DNA of 64,000 bases from IMG/VR virus record IMGVR_UViG_3300020182_000012. The stretch is one strand, 5' to 3'. A program made the translations under genes and the position numbers. This document shows, one piece after another, positions 55,801-64,000 of the stretch. A model generated the notes under the pieces. The model did no database searches. It was given only the letters and a program-made list of their open reading frames with translations, and was not told the DNA's origin. This stretch comes from a virus. Positions within the stretch are counted from its first letter, which is position 1. The number at the start of each line of letters is the position of its first letter.

Positions 55801-58800
55801 TCAGTGTTGTTGTCCAAGATAGGCGATATGAATCCTTGTCTTAGCTCGTCATAATAAGCTGGCACATCAAAATCTGTAGCACTACCATTGTAACTGTCAA
55901 TGCCTTCATAACGCAGGTTAAATTCACGAATTTGAACATGATAAGGTTTAATTTCATCGATGTAATCGCTAACAAAGTCTTGGTTATCACGTTTATAAAT
56001 CGGATACGGAAGCAAGTCGCGAATTTTGTGCGAAACATCAATCAAACTAGTTTTGAACAACCAGTCTGGTGCTGTTTGCTCAGTTATAATAAATTCAAAT
56101 GTTTGAATTAGTAGCTCATTTCGATGAATTTCTAAGTCTGTTGTGAATATTTCTTGATTTAATGCTTTGAGAATCTGACGTGTTTCAGTGTTTGGTGCTT
56201 GATCGAATCTTTGTGCATCAAAAACTTCAGTGTCAAACCCAAATCGCCCAATTGAATAATCCCAAATAGTATTATTGATTGCAACTGTACCATCAGTGAG
56301 CTGTACACGCACCCATTCATTAGAAGCACTAGTCCATTGGTATATTTCGCTTTTGCCAAAACTATTTGCAGTTACTTTAACTGTTTGGCCATTTACTGGT
56401 GTTAATGCAAGTAGGTCACTGTATACTGCAACTTCAGTTTTTGGGCTAATTGATGCATCATATCCTACTGCTACCCAGTCAACATAGCTCCAATAAAGTT
56501 TAGTATCGTATGTTTGAACTCTACTGAGTAACAAGGATTTATCTGCTTGTACTGTATAAGTTGTCCACAATCCTTGCTGAGTGCTGTCACTTGCTACCAA
56601 GTAAATATATCCAACAGGAACTTGACGCAGGTCTTGATATGTCAATTCTGCATATGTTGCAATTCGTTTATCCCAGGCGCCACTATCTTTAGTCGGCTCT
56701 GGTTCTTCGCTATTGAGCAAATCAAACTTCTTGCTGTCTGTAATAGGGTACAGTGCCATAATTTTATTTGCTCGTGATAGATAATTGTCAAGAGCAAGGA
56801 ATCGATCTTTGAACATGCTCTGTCTTGGTCTAAAGTTAACCCCGTACTCGTCGGCTGCACTTAATGTTGCATCTGGTACTATGTTGCCTAGTGTATCTTC
56901 GCCGCAGAAACTATCAAGTAACTTTCTATAAAGGCTGGCGCCAAGGAAACTACTAGGGTTTCCAACAGTAACCAAGTCGTATTCAGCATGGACATTGTCG
57001 GTGTTTGCAATTTTATCAAATTCGATGTGTAAAATTGTATCTTTAGCACTAATAAAACTATTACAGTTGTAAAGTGCTGTTGTGCTAGGTGTTATTGCAG
57101 CCGCATAACTAATGCCACTACTACGTGGATTTTCGATATACTGTGTTACCCCAGCAGCACTTAGAGTTTTACCCGGGCTTACGCTTGTGATGCCTTTTAC
57201 CCAATAGTAATAATAAGTTACAAAAGTTCCTGCACTGTCGAGCACACTTGTCATAGTGTAACTCGTGGTACTGTAAACTGTGCCAGTTCCTGTGTATTCG
57301 CTTGGCGGCACTGTATTCTCTGTCCACTGATACACATCTACAACAGAACCTTCAAATAGTTGACCCCATCGTCTGGCTTTGTATTCGATTGTGTCTTGGT
57401 GATAATCAATAAATCGAACTGTTGATAAATCCCACCACATTTCTCCGAGATGATTGCTGTTCCATTGTGAACCAAAATTGTTTACTTCGCCAGTATTGTA
57501 TGCAGCAGGATCAACACCGCCGGTGTAGTTAATATTTGCCTGCGCTGCTCCAAGTATTTTTCCATTCAGTGGATCAATAAAGTCCAAGTAATTAGTAACA
57601 TCGTTGCTGCGCTTGTCATAAAGGAACACACTGTTTAGAAGTGCGGTGTTGACAACTGGCTCTTGCTTGTATACTATTTTCCAAGCTAGTTCTTTTTTGG
57701 CATTAATAACTTGAATAGTGCGGCCGCTGTTAAGGTCTGTACTGTCATCGAGATCATTATTTGGTGCACCTACTAGCAACGTACCGTTGCGATAATCAAC
57801 AGCTGATCCAAATTTATCAAGACTGTTTATAGTTGTGTCAAATATTTGTTGACCAAACACAAATTTACCAAAGTTTGTAATACTTGGGTTTGCTGCATTT
57901 AAGAAATCATATGTTATTGCAACGCCTGATTGTGTTACTGGATCATTAAATGGTGTGCTACCTGAATCAAAATCAGTGGTTGCAGCATCAAATGTTGTTG
58001 CCATAATTGCAGTTGAGTCTGGTGCACCAACTACTAGTGTTAGTGCATTATTACTAATGCTTGCACTGGTTCCAAAATGACCATATGCTTGCACTATTGG
58101 CGATGTGATCTGTTGTGCAAATACCATTTGTTCAATTCCAAGATCAGCATAGGCTGTTCCAGCGCCAGGTAATACTTGCAACTTGATAAATTCATCGCCA
58201 GCAGCTACATTTTGCAATGTGAGAAGCAATTTACCAGCATTGTCAATTGCAGTTATATTAGGAATATTTGCATCATTGATATCACTAACCAATGACGCAA
58301 CTGTTGTACCAGTTAATACAACATAATAATTGTTAATACGAATACTATTTCCAACAGTTAATACTGGATTAGCAATAGTTCCTGTTATAGTGCCAAACAA
58401 TCTACTTTGATTTGCCCAGCGCTCAACACTACCAGCTTCGGGTTTAATTGCACTGTCGTTTGGCACACCGACATACAAACTACAATTTGTTGGGCAGTTT
58501 TTAACTACACTACCAAAATTATAACTAGCGCCAGGTGCAGTTGATTGTATGCTTTGCATCAGTCTAAAAGTATTGGTTTCAATTTCAATTATATCGCCAA
58601 CATTTAGTGTTACAGGATTAGCAGTAGTGCCAATTGTAATAACATTGCCAGCAACACTAAACTGCGGATTGTTAAAGTTATTAGTTGGAATTAAATAATT
58701 GCCATTAACAGTGACACTTACCGGGCCATTTGGGGTATCTGTAACAGTGTAAGTTTTAACTGTTGCATCGGTTACTTGAAATCTTTCAACACTCCTGTCC

Positions 58801-61800
58801 ATAATATGAACTGTGCCTGCTAGAGTGTCAGAACCAACTGTATCGTCGGGTGCGCCAACCATGATTTGACGTCCGTCAGTTGTCGTCGAAATGCTTTGAC
58901 CAAGTCGGGCACCGCCTACTATACCAGATACAGTAAATGTGTCAATGTGTTTCCAGTAATTTTTTGAATTAATAACAACTGTACCTGTTGCAGGCGAAGT
59001 AAGCACAACATCATCACCAACAAGCGTATAATCAATAGTTGGGCGCTGTAGTACGTTATTAACATATACTGCAAAACTATAAATGTCACTTACAGTATAC
59101 AACATGCTGGTATCAAATGTAGTTTTTGCAACTGCGTTGTTGTCTGTAAAACCCTGAAGTCGTGTAATTCGCAATGCATCGCCGTTGTTTAGTGCTGCAT
59201 TAAATGTTACATATGTTACGCCGCTAACAGTTTCTAAGACCCAATCTCCGCCAACTGGTTTATTAATGTTGTTAACAGTTACACCAATTTGTGTTTGGTC
59301 GCTAATTACAATATCTGGGGTGATTGCAAATCGAGTAGTAGTAGAATCGCCGGTGTATTCCTTAGCTTGATTTTGTACATCAACCAAGTTATATGCGTCA
59401 ATTTCGTTGGTAGCTGGTGAACTAATATACATCCAGCGTTCGTCTCTACTGATAGCTACTCCGTGTCCGTGCTCTGGTGTACCAGCTGCACCGACAAAGA
59501 TTTGTGTTTGCCTGTAGCTACCATTGGTTGGATTTCTATTAATAGCAACTGCGTAACCTTTATTGCTGTCACTGGCAGGTGCGCCCACAATTGCCCAATC
59601 AAAATCACCCACTGCTAAACTACTACCAAATCCACTAAATCCAGTGGTTGCAGGAGATATAGTACTAGTTTCTACATATACACCTTCGCCACTATTGTAG
59701 GCATTTATTGCGCCAACACCGGAATTAAAACCTGGAGCACCAACTATTAACCCTTGGTTACGCAAGCCTTGGGCAATAGCTGTACCAAATCGTGAATTCA
59801 TTTCAGTAGTAGGAGAGGCTAGGTCACTTGGTTCACCGAATGGATTAATTTTCTCCAACACTTCCCAGTTGTCGTTGCCGTTGTTGTCAACCCACACTTC
59901 GTTGGTAGGCAATATGTCGTTTACAAAGCTCAAGTTAGCAATATCAGCCGGCTGTGCAACACGAACACTTTCTAACACAAACGCACGACCGTTGCCGGTT
60001 ACGTCAGTTGTATTTCCGAGTAGTACTAAATCAAGAACTAGAGTTTTTAACCCTGTTACCGATTTAACAATATAGGCGCCATCAACATTATTATTGAAAT
60101 ATTTAATAACCAATCTATCTGCTGCCAACAATCCGTGATTAACATCAAATGTTACTGTGCATGTCCCGTTTAAATTATCAAATACACGGACAACATTGGC
60201 ATTAACCAAATTGGTCCTATAGATATTCCAATTATATCTATTGTCCTTTGCTACCCATACATTAGTACCAACAGTAACTTTCTCCATGTTAAGAATAACA
60301 TTTGTCAAGTCATTGTAGTCAAAAACTTTAATATCAACATCGTCGTAATTTACATAACCAGCACTTGGTAATCCCACATCTTGAGGAATCTGAGACACTG
60401 TTGGTAGTATGTCTGGATCAGTGATTTTATAACTTTGTTTGTATAAGTTGTTTACTAAAACTGTTTGATTTGCGGTACTTGTTTCACCAGCATTAACAAC
60501 ACCAATTGTGGTTGGATTACCAAGTAATTTGCTTTCGTCAAGTTGCAATTCATAGTAACTACGATTTGCGCTTGCACCATATAGCCCACGCTGTATTGCC
60601 CAGTTTTCAAATATTTCATATTCAGCTTGTTCTTTGCCAAGATTGGCACTCTTAAAGACTTCGGCTGCCTGTAGTGTGCCTTTTGTTCCCAAGAATTGCG
60701 AGTATAGCCCGGCTTGCGAAATATCGTCTAAGTTTAAATTCTGCATATACTGTCTTGGTCTGAATCCAATTAGTCCCATACCAAGTAATGTAGCATCGTC
60801 TTCGAGATTTGCAGTGTGGATATCATAGTTTTCTTGTAAACCGCTTGCTTTACTAGAAAGGTTCGGCAACAACCCTTTTTGTATTTTACTATAATCGCTT
60901 TTTATCCACTTGGAGAAATCAAATTTTTCTGTTGGTGCTAATAGTTCAACTGCACTCCAGTAAGAATTCTTATAAAAAACAATTTGCCCTTTGGTATATG
61001 CTTGGTTAGGAACCCAAGGCTTAATGTTATCCTCATTGAGAATAAATCCTTGTGCATCAAGTGTACCGTTCCAATCATACACTGTGTAACCATTCAATAA
61101 CAAGCGACTTTGTCTTGCTGCGGTCTTTGGTTCGTACACCAGGTCATTAAAGATACTAACATTATCAAAAACAATAATGTGTTCATAGCTAGTAAATCTT
61201 GCATTAAGATAACTGAAGGTTTGGTTATTAAGACCAACTAATTTTAGTTCATTGTCCAATCTTTCGACTGCATATTCGTTTGTTGTTAGCGGAGTATAGT
61301 TCTGATCCAACAATACATCATTGATGTTTTCGTTTTTTAAACTTTCGACTACGCTGTTTGGCTGCTCTAATTTTAGTACATTAGCAGCTGGGTTTAAATT
61401 AATCAGACTGCCTGCAATCCAGGCCTGCCCGGCCCAGTATAAAAATTCTTGCGCCATTTGATCCCAATTAAGGATCACTGTATCTTCACGTGATTCAAAC
61501 GCCATACCTTGTGACTCAAGTAGTTTGCCGTAGCTAACTAAAAAGTCAACAACTCCGTTTTTACTAGTGAATTCGTAACCATATGGCACAGTGATTACAT
61601 TGTTAGAATATGTATTAGCAACACGGAATGTTTCGCCATTCACCGTCATCCTGTTGAAGTTTCCGCTTGGTACACTTTCTAGTATGCTGAAATATGGTTT
61701 TGTAGTTGAGTACCCGCTAACAGTATAGCCTGTTGTAGTTCTTTGTACAATAACGCTGCTATATTGTATTTCAGAGAAACTTGGGTTTTGGTACAGGAAT

Positions 61801-64000
61801 AGTTGATAACTTTCGTCAGGCAACAACAGGCTAGCATTAAGACTGTTCGGAGAACTCTTCTCGCTGAATATCTTTAAATAATTCTGATCGCTGAACGCTG
61901 CCATTCTATAACATAAACGCACATCAATGTTTGCTAATTTATCTGTTAATAGTGTAGTGCTGTCTAAACCAGTAACTCTATTATAGTCAACAATGAAATT
62001 AATATAACTGTTCTTAATACTGCCGTTACCATAAATTCCAATTTGTGACGCATTTAATCTAAATCTATTGTTTAACAAATACTGACCAAAGACTGCATTA
62101 TAATTCCAAGCATCTCTGTCAGAGTACAACGAGAAGTAATCTGCTGGCTTAGTCAGTGCAAGTAATCTTTGTATTGCAAAAGGATAATAACTACTACGTC
62201 TCCAGGCTGTTTCAGCTGGTCCCATGTCACCGGTAACCCAAGATTTTTTGAAACTGTTTTGGTCATAGTTGCCAACAACACTGTCAAATGGTGATAACAG
62301 TCTTCCTTGGCTATCAGTGGGAATAACATTCAACAAACCAGGGCGTACATAGTCTGGCAGCACATATGGTGCAATTGGATCTGCAACACGGCCCGCTGCT
62401 AGATCTTCCCATAGTACCAAGTTACCCGAAGTGTAAGGCGCAGGGCCATATCGTGTTTCCCACCATGATGGCTTTTCGGATAATCCTAGCATTTCCCAAG
62501 GACGGGTGTCTGGGCTGTCTGTGTCGTATAATTGGAAGTAAATTGCTCTCCATCCACCTAGTAAAGAATCGCCTGACAAACGATTGGTACTGTTACTATA
62601 GTTCCAAGTAAATTCATTGGTTGCAATGTAATCTTGATTTTTATATGGAACACGATTACCGCCTGCCCAACTTAAGAAACTAACAGCAAGCATGCTATTA
62701 ATTGTAGCTAACGAGTAATTAGTGGTACGGAATTGACCAGGAATAACATCAGCTGCACTAATAGGCAACGTTTTGCGGCTTTCGGCACTAATTTTTATAT
62801 TGTTGTATACTCGCTTTTCAAACTCAAGCAATACATCGTTTCTAAAATCACCTTCGTCCCATGCAATTGTTATACTGCCGTCGTGTCCTCGAATAACCTG
62901 CTGCGGTTCAACGTATGTAGTATCCTCAAATTTTTCTGGTTTAAATATTTCGTACATGCCCATCATTGACGGGGTTGCTGGCACATAACTGCCAGATGTT
63001 GAAGTATATTCGCGGATACTGATAATGTCACCTGTTGCTAATGTAACATTCTCAGTATTAATTGTGATACGAGGGCCGTCGGCTGCTACCGTATAGTCGT
63101 GTCCGTTACCAATTAGGATAGTCTCGATTCCGGTGCTCTTCGGTGTATGGTATACCAATATACCTGCATAATTTGCCGCAAACATGTTGTAACTATAAAG
63201 TGTGTCAAACACGTTTGTAGTAATTGCACTAACTGTGTATGTTGTTAACTCGAACACAGGCCCCGACGGGATAGCATCGGTCCAATAGAATGGACTTAGT
63301 TGATTTTTGCCGCTGTTTATTGCGTCCAGTGTATCATCTAATATTTCGGCAGTTGTTTTTGATTGCCAGTCATTTTGTGCAACATAGTTTAAAATCTTAT
63401 TTTTTGTTTTGTTGTATTCAGTTGCATTAAATTCCAATGCACGAAAAAACTCAAAGTCCCTGCCATTAATGAAGTTTGTCATCATACTCAATGGAGCACT
63501 TTGTTGCAGAATTAATCCGCCAAACGGAACAACATTGCCGAGGTCACGTACATTGTTTGCACCGTGAATCTTCCCGGAGAAGTTTTCTAAATTTTGACAA
63601 ATACTCTCGTAATGCTTACGAATAGTGCCTAAGGTGAATCCGTTGCTATTTTCGTTTAGTGCATTTGATTCAAGGTTAACTGGTATAGTATAAAAAGCAA
63701 CACCGCTTTCAGTGTCACTGATAACTTGAACTTCAACGATTGCATCAACTGCTGGTTGTTTGTCCGTATTAAACGTAATTGTAGTCGTATTGTCAACATT
63801 GGTTGCATAGGTGTAATCTTCTGGAAGAACAAACTGTCCTTCAACATACACTTTAACAGGAATTAATGACGTATCAGCAATTACTTGTACGTCTAGCACA
63901 AGCGGTGCAGCATTATATTCAAAACTAAAACTTTGTCGCTGAACTGTTTTAGTAAATGATGTTTGCCATCCTAGCAGTTTATCAAATGTAGTTCTAGTAT
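52863..64000 (-). CDS. giant (>3700 aa) baseplate/tail structural protein, 5' end outside window
   Basis: Frame stays open to the window edge; FG-GAP-like FG.S....VGAP repeats, NGGSGYT..P repeats, many V.VNG Ig-like units. Confidence 0.8.
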   Translation of the reverse strand, partial: TRTTFDKLLGWQTSFTKTVQRQSFSFEYNAAPLVLDVQVIADTSLIPVKVYVEGQFVLPEDYTYATNVDNTTTITFNTDKQPAVDAIVEVQVISDTESGVAFYTIPVNLESNALNENSNGFTLGTIRKHYESICQNLENFSGKIHGANNVRDLGNVVPFGGLILQQSAPLSMMTNFINGRDFEFFRALEFNATEYNKTKNKILNYVAQNDWQSKTTAEILDDTLDAINSGKNQLSPFYWTDAIPSGPVFELTTYTVSAITTNVFDTLYSYNMFAANYAGILVYHTPKSTGIETILIGNGHDYTVAADGPRITINTENVTLATGDIISIREYTSTSGSYVPATPSMMGMYEIFKPEKFEDTTYVEPQQVIRGHDGSITIAWDEGDFRNDVLLEFEKRVYNNIKISAESRKTLPISAADVIPGQFRTTNYSLATINSMLAVSFLSWAGGNRVPYKNQDYIATNEFTWNYSNSTNRLSGDSLLGGWRAIYFQLYDTDSPDTRPWEMLGLSEKPSWWETRYGPAPYTSGNLVLWEDLAAGRVADPIAPYVLPDYVRPGLLNVIPTDSQGRLLSPFDSVVGNYDQNSFKKSWVTGDMGPAETAWRRSSYYPFAIQRLLALTKPADYFSLYSDRDAWNYNAVFGQYLLNNRFRLNASQIGIYGNGSIKNSYINFIVDYNRVTGLDSTTLLTDKLANIDVRLCYRMAAFSDQNYLKIFSEKSSPNSLNASLLLPDESYQLFLYQNPSFSEIQYSSVIVQRTTTGYTVSGYSTTKPYFSILESVPSGNFNRMTVNGETFRVANTYSNNVITVPYGYEFTSKNGVVDFLVSYGKLLESQGMAFESREDTVILNWDQMAQEFLYWAGQAWIAGSLINLNPAANVLKLEQPNSVVESLKNENINDVLLDQNYTPLTTNEYAVERLDNELKLVGLNNQTFSYLNARFTSYEHIIVFDNVSIFNDLVYEPKTAARQSRLLLNGYTVYDWNGTLDAQGFILNEDNIKPWVPNQAYTKGQIVFYKNSYWSAVELLAPTEKFDFSKWIKSDYSKIQKGLLPNLSSKASGLQENYDIHTANLEDDATLLGMGLIGFRPRQYMQNLNLDDISQAGLYSQFLGTKGTLQAAEVFKSANLGKEQAEYEIFENWAIQRGLYGASANRSYYELQLDESKLLGNPTTIGVVNAGETSTANQTVLVNNLYKQSYKITDPDILPTVSQIPQDVGLPSAGYVNYDDVDIKVFDYNDLTNVILNMEKVTVGTNVWVAKDNRYNWNIYRTNLVNANVVRVFDNLNGTCTVTFDVNHGLLAADRLVIKYFNNNVDGAYIVKSVTGLKTLVLDLVLLGNTTDVTGNGRAFVLESVRVAQPADIANLSFVNDILPTNEVWVDNNGNDNWEVLEKINPFGEPSDLASPTTEMNSRFGTAIAQGLRNQGLIVGAPGFNSGVGAINAYNSGEGVYVETSTISPATTGFSGFGSSLAVGDFDWAIVGAPASDSNKGYAVAINRNPTNGSYRQTQIFVGAAGTPEHGHGVAISRDERWMYISSPATNEIDAYNLVDVQNQAKEYTGDSTTTRFAITPDIVISDQTQIGVTVNNINKPVGGDWVLETVSGVTYVTFNAALNNGDALRITRLQGFTDNNAVAKTTFDTSMLYTVSDIYSFAVYVNNVLQRPTIDYTLVGDDVVLTSPATGTVVINSKNYWKHIDTFTVSGIVGGARLGQSISTTTDGRQIMVGAPDDTVGSDTLAGTVHIMDRSVERFQVTDATVKTYTVTDTPNGPVSVTVNGNYLIPTNNFNNPQFSVAGNVITIGTTANPVTLNVGDIIEIETNTFRLMQSIQSTAPGASYNFGSVVKNCPTNCSLYVGVPNDSAIKPEAGSVERWANQSRLFGTITGTIANPVLTVGNSIRINNYYVVLTGTTVASLVSDINDANIPNITAIDNAGKLLLTLQNVAAGDEFIKLQVLPGAGTAYADLGIEQMVFAQQITSPIVQAYGHFGTSASISNNALTLVVGAPDSTAIMATTFDAATTDFDSGSTPFNDPVTQSGVAITYDFLNAANPSITNFGKFVFGQQIFDTTINSLDKFGSAVDYRNGTLLVGAPNNDLDDSTDLNSGRTIQVINAKKELAWKIVYKQEPVVNTALLNSVFLYDKRSNDVTNYLDFIDPLNGKILGAAQANINYTGGVDPAAYNTGEVNNFGSQWNSNHLGEMWWDLSTVRFIDYHQDTIEYKARRWGQLFEGSVVDVYQWTENTVPPSEYTGTGTVYSTTSYTMTSVLDSAGTFVTYYYYWVKGITSVSPGKTLSAAGVTQYIENPRSSGISYAAAITPSTTALYNCNSFISAKDTILHIEFDKIANTDNVHAEYDLVTVGNPSSFLGASLYRKLLDSFCGEDTLGNIVPDATLSAADEYGVNFRPRQSMFKDRFLALDNYLSRANKIMALYPITDSKKFDLLNSEEPEPTKDSGAWDKRIATYAELTYQDLRQVPVGYIYLVASDSTQQGLWTTYTVQADKSLLLSRVQTYDTKLYWSYVDWVAVGYDASISPKTEVAVYSDLLALTPVNGQTVKVTANSFGKSEIYQWTSASNEWVRVQLTDGTVAINNTIWDYSIGRFGFDTEVFDAQRFDQAPNTETRQILKALNQEIFTTDLEIHRNELLIQTFEFIITEQTAPDWLFKTSLIDVSHKIRDLLPYPIYKRDNQDFVSDYIDEIKPYHVQIREFNLRYEGIDSYNGSATDFDVPAYYDELRQGFISPILDNNTDNPMSLSSFPSTDPIWKTWPYSQWISNYLLELSSVTVINGGSGYTVPPQVIVTGDADTQATMEAKVNSAGQLISVTVLTPGSGYTTTPIITISGGNGVGATAIAVLAPSLVRDIVTTIKYDRITYNSQVVDWQANTVYTANELVRYPVPTVGTVATTQAKVYQVIADFTSTSTFDPDNYTIVDPSTLDGADRTIGMYTPTPSDPGRELAQLMTGIDYPGVQVQGPDFDQNTGFDVGNYDINPFDNIEFGPEGLPTYSAEILDVIYESSFTDSYLGIRATDINVEGGEFIDTYSSHAPEELVPGSEFDTLDLKVYTRPGSDWSNNGHGFSIKGVSVEYTGVGTTVSFAGLIQHPIELEVYNELSGQNVDPSSYTINWVTKVITLNSGNVGDVFNVQIYGLGGGSQLYKESFVGNTITNATQQINVAYTEIAEMVVFVNGALFTNYTYAASGSFATDVTFNTQPTSTDWVTIVALGVTTPTQLSWSAPQIQRFTHDGSTSQYALTNSLQGTNIVNMLVERDGLRLRAPEGIEYTSDGSSLGPYYLSTTGKTNQGLIADNDVIVYVDNVQQNLAVDWTLSEFDGSSDRYVEFNANAQPADGAKILIAVTTEADYTIVNTNDLLLRVGAIPDTPFTVYTFNDTSEQSIITKVYQGPTTEGATTSIAFDENDYDDGPFDYTIGISIETNNFALGRLVTNPERIFVSLNGKYLRNGVDFELSTGTDGLSVLTVNGSILGPIDVLIVTIFTMSVVPDSLNFRIFQDMLGNQKILKLNTGNTTELTSALAIDDDVVYVKDASKLSAPNLESNIFGQMIVGAERITYRSRDLSNNTVSGLRRGVAGTGAMAHVSGVSVSDVGLAQQLPSTYQQKTTTDKTNIGDGSTTTFIGSGIVVPSTVDSTELDEAVRVSVGGAELINTVDYTVTQVDATQVEVTLTTAPADGVEIDISIVNGNVMYKQGNNTASNGIALQDQTTVAALFLKDQG

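Noticed and set aside
1-64000. CRISPR array, integrase, transposase, intron, intein or reverse transcriptase/DGR
   Set aside because: No repeat-spacer arrays or such ORFs were seen. The 114-bp duplication is tandem and in-frame, not a DGR template/variable repeat pair.

Overview
This is an AT-rich, gene-dense segment of a large tailed-phage (jumbo/T4-like) genome. The host is probably an alphaproteobacterium, judged from a permuted two-piece tmRNA with a Rhodobacteraceae-like tag, an alpha-type RpoZ and a porin. Left arm (1-17.7 kb, mostly + strand): host-takeover and accessory genes behind repeated GGTTGAC-N16/17-TAnnnT sigma70-type promoters. It holds five tRNAs (Gly-GCC, Arg-TCT, Asn-GTT, a very rare Ser-ACT, Trp-CCA), a tRNA-like RNA, the tmRNA, an ATE/Bpt-like transferase, Smr, RpoZ, a porin, a histone-like peptide, two 2OG-Fe(II) oxygenases and a MoxR/VWA pair. 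Middle (17.7-49.6 kb): thyX, then a ~31 kb biosynthetic island. The island has 8 radical SAM enzymes with N-terminal twitch/SPASM-like domains, 2 amidinotransferases (a third lies at 1.6 kb), an O-carbamoyltransferase, a DegT aminotransferase, a Gfo/Idh/MocA dehydrogenase, 2 NDP-sugar epimerases, a cytidylyltransferase and 8 glycosyltransferase-like genes, plus MetK, MtnN and SufT support genes. Right arm (49.6-64 kb, - strand): virion tail/baseplate genes, co-oriented with and directly upstream of most of the island. The best candidate for an undescribed system is this island, which may build a guanidinylated/carbamoylated glycan for the virion or the cell surface. All product calls come from motif recognition by eye; no database searches were run.
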